Positions 1-9,261 of a stretch of DNA of 64,000 nucleotides are shown piece by piece (positions within the stretch are counted from its first letter, which is position 1; every line of letters starts with the position of its first letter). The position numbers were made by a program, and so were the translations under genes. The notes under the pieces were generated by a model that was given only the letters and a program-made list of their open reading frames with translations, ran no database searches and was not told where the DNA came from. The DNA lies in NCBI GenBank assembly GCA_041750285.1, contig JBGSZS010000004.1:256001-320000 (forward strand), written 5' to 3'. The stretch comes from Candidatus Fermentibacteraceae bacterium. GTDB lineage: Bacteria; Fermentibacterota; Fermentibacteria; Fermentibacterales; JCC-6.

Positions 1-1067
1 TCCATGTCGCCGGGAACGAAGCCCCGAAGGGCCAGGCCCGTGGCCACGGAAAGCAGGGCATCGAGCGTTGACTGCTCGTCTTCCGAAACGAGCCCGGGTT
101 CGACCTGAATGTTCCTGAAGGGGCTGAACCGTTCCACGGGCAGCCCGTGCTGCTCGGAGAGAATGGAAGCCAGATCGGGCATGAGCGAACAGCCGCCGCT
201 GATGTACATCTTGTCGATCCTGGTGCTTTCGCCGGATGCCTGGAAGCTGATGAAGGACCGTCTGACGCTTGTCGACAGCTCCTGTATCACGCTGCTGACT
301 GCGTTTTTGACGTCATCGAGGCTGACGCCCTCGGGGAGGTTGCCGCGAAGGACCCCTTCAGCAGTCTCGTAGTCGAACCCCAGGAACCTCTGCACCGCCT
401 CGACGAACCGTGTTCCCCCGATGGCGAGGTCGCGGTTGAAGCTGGGGATGCCGTTCTTCGCGATTACGAGGTTGGTGTTGTCGGCGCCTATGTTCAGGAT
501 GGTCACGCACTCGTCCTCGGACGGGTTGTAGGCGAACTGGTAGGCCCGAAGCAGGGCGAACTGCTCGAGGTCCACGCTGGCGGTGCGAAGGCCGGCGCCC
601 TGGATGATGCCCCTGTGAAGATGGATGACCTCCTTCTTGGCCGCGACGAGAAGGACTTCCATCTGACCGGGTCCGGCCTCTTCATTGATTATCTTGAAAT
701 CAATGCTGACCTCGTCCACCCTGAAGGGGATGTGCTGCTCGGCTTCCCAGTGGATGGCCTGACGGGCCTGGGCCTCGGTCATCTTCTCCATCGGGATTCG
801 CCTGACGATCACGCTTCTTCCGGAAACCGCGGAGTTCACCGCCTTGGGCTTGATGCCCGCCTTGGTGACTGCGTCTCCGATCGTGGATACAAGATGGTCC
901 CTGTTGACCACTTCGCCGTCGACAACGGTGCCGGGAGCAAGTTCCACAACCGCGTACCTGCTGAGCTTCATTGCCTTGCCGGCCCTTGTAAGCTCAACAA
1001 CCTTGACGGAGTGACTACCGATATCGAGGCCGACGGTGGTTTTTCCCGAACCTCCCAAGATCAGCAT
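1..1067 (-). CDS. pilM: Type IV pilus assembly protein PilM (actin-like); 3' end runs off the window
   Basis: Absent from the ORF track because there is no stop in the window. Manual translation from ATG 1067 (GGAGGGAG upstream) gives MLILGGSGKTTVGLDIGSHSVKVVEL...AIHWEAEQHIPF..DEVSIDF...MEVLLVAAKKE...VATGLALRG, which are PilM signature motifs. Confidence 0.9.
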   Translation of the reverse strand, partial: MLILGGSGKTTVGLDIGSHSVKVVELTRAGKAMKLSRYAVVELAPGTVVDGEVVNRDHLVSTIGDAVTKAGIKPKAVNSAVSGRSVIVRRIPMEKMTEAQARQAIHWEAEQHIPFRVDEVSIDFKIINEEAGPGQMEVLLVAAKKEVIHLHRGIIQGAGLRTASVDLEQFALLRAYQFAYNPSEDECVTILNIGADNTNLVIAKNGIPSFNRDLAIGGTRFVEAVQRFLGFDYETAEGVLRGNLPEGVSLDDVKNAVSSVIQELSTSVRRSFISFQASGESTRIDKMYISGGCSLMPDLASILSEQHGLPVERFSPFRNIQVEPGLVSEDEQSTLDALLSVATGLALRGFVPGDM

Positions 1068-1156
1068 CTTCTCCCTCCCGGGAACCGATCCGGACCCTGC
1101 CGGATCAATTAACGGCCGCAAGATGTTTGCGACGCATTTATCATAACTCCATCCGG

Positions 1157-1185
1157 AGTTTAGCACATGGGAAAGCCTGCGTCAA
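1157..1185 (-). promoter_or_regulatory. Sigma70-like promoter for pilM
   Basis: Minus strand reads TTGACG-17 nt-TAAACT with an extended -10 TG. Confidence 0.55.
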
Positions 1186-1191
1186 TACCCT

Positions 1192-1216
1192 AATTTCATA
1201 AGTATCGAATTTCATA
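1192..1216. repeat. Direct repeat AATTTCATA x2 between divergent promoters
   Basis: AATTTCATA at 1192-1200 and 1208-1216 (16-bp period), between the two -35 boxes. Confidence 0.5.
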
Positions 1217-1223
1217 TTTTCCC

Positions 1224-1251
1224 TTGACACTCGGTCGCCATTCCGTATCTT
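1224..1251 (+). promoter_or_regulatory. Sigma70-like promoter for 1271..1588
   Basis: TTGACA-16 nt-TATCTT, followed by a GGAGG RBS at 1261. Confidence 0.55.
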
Positions 1252-1270
1252 TCCCGCATGGGAGGCTGAA

Positions 1271-1588
1271 ATGGCAAACGAGAACGGCAACGGAAACGGC
1301 CCTGTTGTGAGGTTCAACGACATCGAGGTCCACAGCGAACCTTCGGTGAGGCTCACGGTTCCCGTCAGACCAGACCAGGAAGAGGTTCTGTCCAGAATGG
1401 TCCGCACCATTTCCCAGACCCGTTCCCGGCAGAACCGAAGTCAGCGGATCACAAAGGCAACATTGATGAGGGCTTACATCGACGCCCTGTCATCCCTGGC
1501 GATCGACCTCGAGGAGATTCCAGACGAAGCCACCCTGCTCGACAGGCTTCTTGAAGCTATGCATCAACGACCTCGGGCCATTACCTGA
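1271..1588 (+). CDS. Hypothetical protein, possible ribbon-helix-helix DNA-binding protein
   Basis: GGAGG RBS and own promoter. VRLTVPV strand followed by helices and RITKATLMRAYIDAL, which resembles small ParA-partner-type RHH proteins. Confidence 0.6.
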   Translation: MANENGNGNGPVVRFNDIEVHSEPSVRLTVPVRPDQEEVLSRMVRTISQTRSRQNRSQRITKATLMRAYIDALSSLAIDLEEIPDEATLLDRLLEAMHQRPRAIT

Positions 1589-1628
1589 CAAGACACATCA
1601 CAGAATTCCCGCAAATAGTTGCACATCC

Positions 1629-2894
1629 TTACACAACTGTTCCGTCGGGTATGACGGCGCCCTTCGGTATCACAATGATCCCGTCCCTGATGAACCAGGA
1701 ATCGCCGTCGGCCTCTTCCAGACCCGCTTCGTTCACCAGCCTCACGTTCAGACCGATCCTTGCGTTCTTGTCGATGATTGCTCTGCGGATAACCGATCCT
1801 TCGCCAACTCCCATGGGCGGAAGGGATGGGTCGACCGTCGCGGGGTCCTGAGGGTGGCCGCGCCAGAAGTCAGCCCCCATCAGTACAGTGTCCTCCAGTA
1901 TGCACCCCTTGCCCAGATAGCTTCTTATCCCCACCACCGAGTTCCTCACGTCGGCGCCGTTGAGGTCTGAGGCGTCGCAGACTATGGCATTGTTGAGGGT
2001 GCAGTTCCGCAGGCGGGCGCCCGGCAGCGCCCTTGCCCTGGTGTAGAGGGGCGAGAACTGGCTGTACATGTCGAAGGCCGGATCGGGCATCGCAAGGTCG
2101 ATGTTCGCCTTGAAGAAGCTCTTGATGGTCCCGATGTCGGACCAGTAGCCCCTGAAAGGGAAAGATGTCATGCGGTAGCGGCCCAGTGCGCAGGGAATGA
2201 TCTCCTTCCCGAAATCGTCGTGCTCCGGGTTCTGGGTGAGAAGGTCGTTCAGTACCTTCGGCTTGAAAAGGTAGATGCCCATGCTGCCCAGAAAGGGCTG
2301 GTCATCGGGCACCCACTCCGATGAGCTTTCGAGGCCCGAAAGCCTTTCCGGGGATGGTTTTTCGTGAAAGCCCATGATCTCTCCGCGTGAGTCGACCTGT
2401 ATTATGCCGAGCCCCGACGCTTCATCACGGGACACGGGCTTGGAGGCGATGCAGATGTCGGAGGAGGTTTCGGTGAAGTGGGCTATGAAATCCAGGAAAT
2501 TCATCCTGTAGAGCTGGTCGCCGGAAAGGATCAGGACCAGGTCGGGCTGCAGCGACTGTATGTGTATCATGCTCTTGCGAACCGCGTCGGCGGTTCCCTG
2601 GAACCACGAAGCGCTCTCGTAGGTCTGTTCCGCAGCAAGGATGGACACGAAACCGTTGGTGAACCTGTCGAACCTGTAGGTCTGGGCGATGTGCCTGTTG
2701 AGGCTTTCGCTGTTGTACTGGCTCAGGACCAGTATCTGCCTTATCCCGTCGTTGACGCAGTTGGATATGGGTATGTCTATGAGCCTGTACTTCCCGCCGA
2801 TCGGAACGGCGGGCTTGCATCGAAGCTTGGTCAGGGGGAACAGCCTTGTTCCCCGGCCACCACCCAGGATCACTGCAACCACATTCCTCATCAC
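1629..2894 (-). CDS. glgC: Glucose-1-phosphate adenylyltransferase
   Basis: ILGGGRGTRLFPLT, KPAVPIGGKYRLIDIPISNC, WFQGTADAV, LSGDQLYRM, EKP, DFGKEIIP, YWSDIGT, C-terminal beta-helix. Confidence 0.97.
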   Translation of the reverse strand: MMRNVVAVILGGGRGTRLFPLTKLRCKPAVPIGGKYRLIDIPISNCVNDGIRQILVLSQYNSESLNRHIAQTYRFDRFTNGFVSILAAEQTYESASWFQGTADAVRKSMIHIQSLQPDLVLILSGDQLYRMNFLDFIAHFTETSSDICIASKPVSRDEASGLGIIQVDSRGEIMGFHEKPSPERLSGLESSSEWVPDDQPFLGSMGIYLFKPKVLNDLLTQNPEHDDFGKEIIPCALGRYRMTSFPFRGYWSDIGTIKSFFKANIDLAMPDPAFDMYSQFSPLYTRARALPGARLRNCTLNNAIVCDASDLNGADVRNSVVGIRSYLGKGCILEDTVLMGADFWRGHPQDPATVDPSLPPMGVGEGSVIRRAIIDKNARIGLNVRLVNEAGLEEADGDSWFIRDGIIVIPKGAVIPDGTVV

Positions 2895-3048
2895 GGTTCC
2901 CCCTCAGGTTTCGAGCCGCATCCACGATTATTTCCCAAACACCGCGGAAGTCAACCCGAAAAAATACACCGGCCTTGAAGGATCGCCCGGGATACCTTGA
3001 CAATGTTCAATACCAGCTTATGTATTGTTAAGGATTGGAGGTGCAAAT

Positions 3049-3396
3049 ATGGATATTGGTGAAGTCAGGTGCCCATCCTGCAAAAAGCTCATGACCCCTG
3101 TGAAACTTACCTGCGCCGAGTGTGCCATTTCATTGGCGGGATCCTTCACGGCCTCTCCCCTTGCACAGCTTCCGCCGGAAGACCAGGCGATAGCCATGGC
3201 CTTCATCCGAAGCTACGGGTCGATCAAGCAACTGCAGGACATACTGGGAGTAAGCTACCCCACAGCAAGGGCCAGACTGGACAGGCTGGTCAATTCACTG
3301 AACAGGACGATGGAGGCCGATGTCAATCCGGATCAGACACTGAACAGACTGGCAAAGGGCGAGATTTCGTTCGACGAAGCCCTGAGGTCGCTGTGA
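3049..3396 (+). CDS. DUF2089 family protein (Zn ribbon + HTH)
   Basis: GGAGGT RBS; CPSC...CAEC; GSIKQLQDILGVSYPTARARLD. Confidence 0.85.
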   Translation: MDIGEVRCPSCKKLMTPVKLTCAECAISLAGSFTASPLAQLPPEDQAIAMAFIRSYGSIKQLQDILGVSYPTARARLDRLVNSLNRTMEADVNPDQTLNRLAKGEISFDEALRSL

Positions 3397-3659
3397 TGCC
3401 CGCCATGTTCCTGATGATGAGATTCGGCAGAATGCCGTTCTCCGTCCCCCTGCCATGGTTCCTTCTATGGGCCCTGCTGCTGCCTTTCGCGCTCCTTGCG
3501 CAATTGGCGGGCTGGATGACCCTGGCACTCGGCATAAAGGCTCACGCCGCCCGGGTGCTGCAAGTATCCATGGCCGCATGGAGCATTCTTCCGGGCTTGC
3601 ACGGGCTCGGAATATCCGTGCGGTCGAAGAGTGAAAATCTGCAGTTCAGGTTCGTTTAG
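3396..3659 (+). CDS. Small membrane protein of the DUF2089 operon
   Basis: ATG overlaps the upstream TGA (TGATG); hydrophobic PLPWFLLWALLLPFALL segment. Confidence 0.7.
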   Translation: MPAMFLMMRFGRMPFSVPLPWFLLWALLLPFALLAQLAGWMTLALGIKAHAARVLQVSMAAWSILPGLHGLGISVRSKSENLQFRFV

Positions 3660-3683
3660 GTTTGTAGAAAGGGAGGATTTGCC

Positions 3684-4103
3684 ATGAACGAAGCGAGAAT
3701 GAAGATCCTCGAGATGCTCAGCAAGGGCAAGATCTCGGTCGAAGAGGCTTCAGCACTTCTCGAGAAGGTTATAGTACGCGAGCAGGCGCCCGAGGCCGAA
3801 CCCGCCGGTGAAACGAACGGAAGCGCTCCGGTCAGAAAGGGAGTGCCCAAGTACCTCAGGGTGGTGGTGGACAGCGCCGATGGCGACAAGGTCAACGTCA
3901 GGGTTCCCATGAGCCTGATCCGCACGGGCCTGAAGCTCAGCTCGCTCATGCCGGCTGATGCCGCCGAGGCCGTTCTGGAAAAGGGCATCGACCTTTCGGC
4001 CCTGAAGAACCTTGACGGCGAAGAACTGGTGGAGGCTCTCCGTGAACTCTCCGTCGACGTGGACAGCGCGGACGGAGACAAGGTAAGGGTCTTCACGGAA
4101 TAG
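3684..4103 (+). CDS. SHOCT-like (YvlB/LiaX N-terminal-like) domain protein
   Basis: GGGAGG RBS; RMKILEMLSKGKISVEEASALL; KVNVRVPMSL. This family typically accompanies DUF2089. Confidence 0.8.
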   Translation: MNEARMKILEMLSKGKISVEEASALLEKVIVREQAPEAEPAGETNGSAPVRKGVPKYLRVVVDSADGDKVNVRVPMSLIRTGLKLSSLMPADAAEAVLEKGIDLSALKNLDGEELVEALRELSVDVDSADGDKVRVFTE

Positions 4104-4115
4104 AACGGGGTCGGG

Positions 4116-5105
4116 ATGAAAATCGCCCTTGCCGGCTTTCCACGGTGCGGCCGTTCGACGCTGTTTCACGCCCTGGCGGGTTCATCCAGGGCAGACACGG
4201 CAAAACCCCTCACGGTAAGGGTGCCCGACCCGAGGGTCGATTTCCTTGCCGGTCACTGGCGCCCGAAAAGCGTTGTGAATGCAACGGTTTCCTTCAGTGA
4301 CCTGCCCTCCCCGGCGTTCGGGGCCAAGGGCATGGCCCTTCTGCGGGAAGCCTCGGCAGTGGTGCTGGTGCTTGACAACCACTCAACGGGAAACCTTGAG
4401 GAAAGCCTTCGCGGAGCCGAGGCGGAGCTCATCCTGGGAGACCTTGCGATACTGGAGAAGCGCCGGGACAGGCTGCGGAAGGAAAGCAAATCGGGCTCCA
4501 GGGAGTTCGTACTGATCGACAGGGCACTTGCCCTCCTGTCAGAGGAAGTGCCCCTCAGGAAGGCCGGGTTCTCAAAACAGGAGCGGACCGAACTCTCCCC
4601 CTACGCCCCCGCATCGCTTAAACCCCTGATGGTGGTTTCCAACCGCTCGGGCCCGGGAATCGGGGATGAAACCGCCGCCAGGGAGGCCGCCGAGGCCGCG
4701 GGGGCCGCCTTCCTCACGATCGATGCCGGTCTGGAACTCGAACTCTGCGAGCTGCCCGAGAGTGAGCGCTCCGAGTTCCTCTCGGACATGGGCTACAGCG
4801 ATTCGGGGCTTTCCCGGATAATCCGGTCGGCCTATTCCCTTCTGGACCTCGTGAGCTTCCTCACCATGGGGCCCGACGAGGTAAGGGCGTGGCCGATCCC
4901 AGCGGGAAGCACCGCGCTGGAAGCCGCCGGAACGATCCACTCCGACCTTGCCCGGGGGTTCATCAGGGCACAGGTGATCCCTTACGCCGTATTCCGTGAG
5001 ACTCCGGACGAGACGGCCCTGAAGAAAAAGGGCGCGGTGGGGCTGGAAGGAAAGGACTACGTCGTGAAGGATGGCGACATACTGGAGATCAGGTTTTCGG
5101 TCTAG
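4116..5105 (+). CDS. ychF: YchF/Obg-like protein (DUF933/TGS C-terminus) with degenerate P-loop
   Basis: VPDPR, FLTMGPDEVRAW, AAGTIHSDLARGFIRAQV and GKDYVVKDGD are present. Walker A reads GFPRCGRST. Confidence 0.8.
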   Translation: MKIALAGFPRCGRSTLFHALAGSSRADTAKPLTVRVPDPRVDFLAGHWRPKSVVNATVSFSDLPSPAFGAKGMALLREASAVVLVLDNHSTGNLEESLRGAEAELILGDLAILEKRRDRLRKESKSGSREFVLIDRALALLSEEVPLRKAGFSKQERTELSPYAPASLKPLMVVSNRSGPGIGDETAAREAAEAAGAAFLTIDAGLELELCELPESERSEFLSDMGYSDSGLSRIIRSAYSLLDLVSFLTMGPDEVRAWPIPAGSTALEAAGTIHSDLARGFIRAQVIPYAVFRETPDETALKKKGAVGLEGKDYVVKDGDILEIRFSV

Positions 5106-6000
5106 CTTCGTTGGTCCTGTTTATTATGCTGGCGACCTCGGCGGCGGCCAGAAAGATCACGCAGAGCCAGTAAACCCAGAGAAGCGTCGCCATGACCCCG
5201 ATGAACGACCCGTAGACGAACCCCCAGCTGGGTCTTGAGATCGACCACATGTAAAGGCTCGTCCCCGCTGCGGTGAATACCGTGCACGCAAGCGCGGTGG
5301 GTATGGCAAGCTTGAGCGGTATCCTCCTGTTGGGTCCGGCCCAGTACAGCAGGAAGAAGACCAGAAAAGCGAAGGTGAAGCTCAGCACCCTTCCCAGAAA
5401 GCCGGTAAGCGCCGGGCCTACCAGGGGTGTTCCCGAAATGATCCTCCCCGCGCCCGATTCGACGGCGACCCTCGCGCCAACAGTTGACAGGACCGCGAGC
5501 ATGAAGCAGATGGCGACCAGCATGGCCAGCACGAAATCGAAAAGCTTCCCGAGGACCATGTGCCTTCCGGGAGCGCTGAAGATCCGGTCGAGTGCGGTGC
5601 GTATGGTCCCGAACAGCCTGCTCACCATCCAGAGGAGTGTGAAGAACCCTATGAAGCCAACAGCCGTGCTCTGGTGCTGCACGGCATCCTGAAAGTCGAG
5701 GATGACGCTTTCCGCGATGAATGGCTTCAGTTCGGTCAGCCAGTTCAGAAAGCCTTCCCTGAGGGTGGAATCCCCCATGGCAACGCCGCTGCTGACCGCG
5801 AAGATGAGAACGGCCAGGGGAATGGCGGTAACGATGATGTTGAACGCCACCGCTGCGGCGCTGAAGTAGATGCCGTGATTGTCCCAGCTGTAGTAAAGGG
5901 TTCTGAAGAACCAGCGGAATCCGGTGGAAAATCCCCTCAACCCGCCCCGCAGATCACTCCACCGTGACGCTTTTGGCAAGGTTCCTCGGTTTGTCGACAT
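5089..6000 (-). CDS. YihY/virulence factor BrkB family membrane protein
   Basis: SAAAVAF, IRTALDRIF, VYGSF, LLWVYW, multiple TM helices. Start uncertain (ATG 6000 or TTG near 5940). Confidence 0.85.
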   Translation of the reverse strand: MSTNRGTLPKASRWSDLRGGLRGFSTGFRWFFRTLYYSWDNHGIYFSAAAVAFNIIVTAIPLAVLIFAVSSGVAMGDSTLREGFLNWLTELKPFIAESVILDFQDAVQHQSTAVGFIGFFTLLWMVSRLFGTIRTALDRIFSAPGRHMVLGKLFDFVLAMLVAICFMLAVLSTVGARVAVESGAGRIISGTPLVGPALTGFLGRVLSFTFAFLVFFLLYWAGPNRRIPLKLAIPTALACTVFTAAGTSLYMWSISRPSWGFVYGSFIGVMATLLWVYWLCVIFLAAAEVASIINRTNEARPKT

Positions 6001-7789
6001 CACATCCCCTGGCCACAGCCACATAGTAGGCCAGAAGTTGCAGCGGGATCACGGTGAGAAGGGGTGTTAGCTGGTCGGCTACTGCCGGGACTTCGATCAC
6101 CCACTGGGCGTGACTGCGGATCTCGGTGTCCCCCTCGGTGGCGACCACCAGGATCCTGCCCCTTCTGGCCTTCACTTCCTGAATGTTGCTCATGATCTTG
6201 TCGTACGCCGCATCGCGGGCGGCGATCACAGCCACGGGCATCAGGTCGTCGATGAGGGCTATGGGGCCATGCTTCATCTCCGCGGCGGGATAGCCCTCGG
6301 CGTGTATGTAGCTTATCTCCTTGAGCTTGAGAGCACCCTCGAGGGCCACCGGATAGTTGACCCCCCTGCCCAGGTACAGGAAGTTGGAGGCGTAGGTAAA
6401 CTCACGGGCAAGGCTCTGGATCTCCCCCGCCCTCCCCAGAATGGTCTCGACCTTGTCCGGTACCTCACGGATGCTGTTCGCCAGTGAAAGCCCTTCCGCA
6501 AGGCTTATGCATCCCCTTGCCCTGCCCAGCGCCAGGCCGATCAGGGACAGGATCATCACCTGACTGGTGAAGGCCTTCGTGGATGCCACGCCTATCTCGG
6601 GTCCGGCGTGTATGTAAACACCCGCGCTTGTCTCCCGGGCTATGGTTGAACCCACCACATTCACGATGCCGTAGCAGGCCGCACCTTTCTCCCTTGCCAG
6701 TTTGAGGGCTGCGAGGGTGTCGGCCGTCTCCCCGCTCTGGCTTATGACGAGAACCACCGTTCCCTCGCCTATGACGGGATCACGGTAACGGAATTCGCTT
6801 GCGTACTCGACGTCGACGGGAATCCGCGCCATCGACTCGAGGACGTACTTGCCGATAAGTGCCGCGTGCCATGAGGTTCCGCAGGCAGTGATAATGATGC
6901 GCCTGATGCCCTGCATGTCTTCCGGGGTCATGTTGAGGCCGCCCAGGTGTGCGGTGCCCTCGGTCATGTCCAGCCTTCCCCTGAAGGCGTTCCTGAGGGA
7001 TTCGGGCTGGGAGTGTATCTCTTTCAGCATGTAGTGGGGAAACCCGTCCTTCTCGATCTCGGAGAGGTCCCAGTCCACATGGGTCATGCGGTCGCGGATC
7101 ATCCTGGGATCACTGCCGTGGCTGTGGACCCCCCTTGTCGTTATCTCGACGAGTTCACCCTCTTCAAGGTACACGACATCACGCGTGTGGGCAACTATGG
7201 CCGCCACATCGCTTGCAACGATGTTCTCGCCGTCGCCGATACCCACCACGAGCGGGCTGCCGTACCTGGCAGCCACGAGCGTGGATGGCTGGTCAGCGCT
7301 GACCACCGCTATCCCGTAGGCTCCCCGGACAATTGTGAGGGCTTTCTTGACGGCCGTGAGAAGGTCTCCCGAGGCCTTCATCTCGCGGCCGATCAGCTTG
7401 GTCAGCACCTCGGTGTCGGTTTCGGACTCGAACACCTCGCCCAGCGCTTCGAGCTTCACCTTCAGGCTCTTGTAGTTCTCGATGATTCCGTTGTGGACGA
7501 GCGCGATCCGGCCGGAGGAGTCGGTATGCGGATGTGCGTTCTCGGTCGAGGGCTCGCCGTGTGTCGCCCACCGGGTGTGGGCTATACCGGCGGTCGCTGC
7601 GGCGCCTTCGCCCGGGTCGAGCGCGGCCAGCTCGGAAACCCTGCCCACGCATTTCCTGATGACCAGGGAATCGTTGTACTGAAGGGCGTAACCGGCGGAA
7701 TCGTACCCCCGGTACTCAAGCCTTCTCAGGCCGCAGAGAAGGATGTCGAGCGCGGGCCTTGTGCCAACATATCCCACTATTCCGCACAT
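5954..7789 (-). CDS. glmS: Glutamine-fructose-6-phosphate transaminase
   Basis: MCGIVG start, RLEYRGYDSAG, HTRWATHG, SQSGETADT, ALKLKE, C-terminal PRNLAKSVTVE. Confidence 0.98.
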   Translation of the reverse strand: MCGIVGYVGTRPALDILLCGLRRLEYRGYDSAGYALQYNDSLVIRKCVGRVSELAALDPGEGAAATAGIAHTRWATHGEPSTENAHPHTDSSGRIALVHNGIIENYKSLKVKLEALGEVFESETDTEVLTKLIGREMKASGDLLTAVKKALTIVRGAYGIAVVSADQPSTLVAARYGSPLVVGIGDGENIVASDVAAIVAHTRDVVYLEEGELVEITTRGVHSHGSDPRMIRDRMTHVDWDLSEIEKDGFPHYMLKEIHSQPESLRNAFRGRLDMTEGTAHLGGLNMTPEDMQGIRRIIITACGTSWHAALIGKYVLESMARIPVDVEYASEFRYRDPVIGEGTVVLVISQSGETADTLAALKLAREKGAACYGIVNVVGSTIARETSAGVYIHAGPEIGVASTKAFTSQVMILSLIGLALGRARGCISLAEGLSLANSIREVPDKVETILGRAGEIQSLAREFTYASNFLYLGRGVNYPVALEGALKLKEISYIHAEGYPAAEMKHGPIALIDDLMPVAVIAARDAAYDKIMSNIQEVKARRGRILVVATEGDTEIRSHAQWVIEVPAVADQLTPLLTVIPLQLLAYYVAVARGCDVDKPRNLAKSVTVE

Positions 7790-9123
7790 GAGCACACCTT
7801 TCGGAAAAAGGCTGAACAGGCTTCCAGCGGCCCGGGGGTCGAGCTTTCGCCGATGAAGCGCACCGCCGGCTCCGTTCCGCTGGGTCTTATATGAAACCAG
7901 CCCCATTGCCTGCGGTACCATAACCCATCCCGGCAGTCGGTGGGGGGGCCGAACTCCTCTTCGAGAAGTCTGGCGATGCATGCGAAGTCACCTGAACGGG
8001 CAACCTTGGTCTTTATCGAAAAGAACCTTGGAAAGGTCTCCGCCCAGCCTGAAAGGGTCATCCCCGGGTTTTCCCTGAGGAACGACACCACCATTGCCAT
8101 GGCTACGGCGCTGTCCCTTCCGGGATGGCAGAGCGGGTAGATCACCCCGCCGTTGCCCTCGCCCCCAAGACCGGAACCCAGCCTTTCCATCTCCTCGACC
8201 ACGTTGACCTCTCCCACGGGGCATCGGTGCACTGTGCAGCCGTGACGGGCCGCGGCCTCTTCCGATAGCATCGAGGTGGAGAGGTTGATGACGACCGGTC
8301 CGGGGGTGTGGCGAAGGATGTGATCGAAAGCCAGTGCGAGGGTGTACTCCTCGCCTATCGGAACGCCCCGGTCCGCCACCAGGGCAAGCCTGTCACCGTC
8401 GGGGTCGAACCCGAAACCGGCGTCGGCGCCGGACTGCGCCACAGCCCGCGCAAGGTCGGACAGGCTGTCGACAGTGGGTTCGGCCACCCTGGGGAACTCG
8501 CCCCCAGTTGTCATGGTGGGGTTGATCATCGTCCACTCCACTCCCATGGCATCCATCAGGGCCGGACCGAGCGAGGCGGCGGTTCCCCCCGTCACGTCGA
8601 GAACGACCCGGAGAGGCCTTCCCACGGTTCTCACCAAAGGCAGTGAGACAACCCTGCCCACATGCCTTTCCACCGAGCCGGGAAGGACCTGCGGAATCCC
8701 GCAGGAGTCGAATCCCCTGAACTCCCTCTCCGCACCGAGAAGTGCCATGAGCCTCCCGCGGGAGGCGGCCCGGAGGAACACACCGTCGGGACCGACAAGC
8801 TTCAGGGCGTTCCAGCAGCCGGGATTGTGGCTGCTCGTGACGGCAATGCCCCCCGCGACACCGGATGCCATGGCCTCGAGCTGGACCGTCGGGGTTGGAA
8901 CGACACCGAGAAGCACCGGCGAGCATCCGACCGACATCAGGCCGGCGCAAACGGCGGCTTCGACTGCAGGTCCGCTCCGGCGGGTGTCACGGCCAACGAC
9001 GACGGGACCGGGACCCACGAGCTCACCGAAGGCTGCGGCGTAGCCCATGGCGTCAAAAACGGTGAAACTGCGGCCAAAGACACCGCGGATACCTGATCCG
9101 CTGACTATGGGATTCTCACGCAT
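7777..9123 (-). CDS. glmM: Phosphoglucosamine mutase / alpha-D-phosphohexomutase
   Basis: SGIRG, GRDTR, TSSHNP (phosphoserine loop), DPDGDR, GGEGNGG, RPSGTEP; directly upstream of glmS. Confidence 0.85.
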   Translation of the reverse strand: MRENPIVSGSGIRGVFGRSFTVFDAMGYAAAFGELVGPGPVVVGRDTRRSGPAVEAAVCAGLMSVGCSPVLLGVVPTPTVQLEAMASGVAGGIAVTSSHNPGCWNALKLVGPDGVFLRAASRGRLMALLGAEREFRGFDSCGIPQVLPGSVERHVGRVVSLPLVRTVGRPLRVVLDVTGGTAASLGPALMDAMGVEWTMINPTMTTGGEFPRVAEPTVDSLSDLARAVAQSGADAGFGFDPDGDRLALVADRGVPIGEEYTLALAFDHILRHTPGPVVINLSTSMLSEEAAARHGCTVHRCPVGEVNVVEEMERLGSGLGGEGNGGVIYPLCHPGRDSAVAMAMVVSFLRENPGMTLSGWAETFPRFFSIKTKVARSGDFACIARLLEEEFGPPTDCRDGLWYRRQWGWFHIRPSGTEPAVRFIGESSTPGPLEACSAFFRKVCSCAE

Positions 9124-9144
9124 GCGTTTCCTTCTGGGCGGGAA

Positions 9145-9220
9145 TGGAGCCGGCGAACGGAGTCGAACCGTTGACCTGCGCATTACGAGTGCGCTGCTCT
9201 GCCAACTGAGCTACGCCGGC
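9145..9220 (-). tRNA. tRNA-Thr (anticodon CGT)
   Basis: GCCGGCGTAGCTCAGTTGGCAGAGCAGCGCACTCGTAATGCGCAGGTCAACGGTTCGACTCCGTTCGCCGGCTCCA: cloverleaf, T-loop GGTTCGA, encoded CCA. Confidence 0.97.
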
Positions 9221-9261
9221 CCCGAAAGGGTTCGTAATTCTAAGCCGGAGGAGCCGACCGG

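Noticed and set aside
147..1112. 321-aa plus-strand ORF
   Set aside because: Antisense shadow of pilM, which has clear motifs on the minus strand.
2997..3028. Promoter for the DUF2089 operon
   Set aside because: TTGACA is present but there is no convincing -10 box at 16-18 nt spacing.
7777..7990. glmS ribozyme
   Set aside because: glmS overlaps glmM directly, leaving no leader.
9124..9261. tRNA-Thr as an integration site
   Set aside because: No integrase nearby and no duplicated tRNA 3' end seen; glmM follows about 20 nt downstream.
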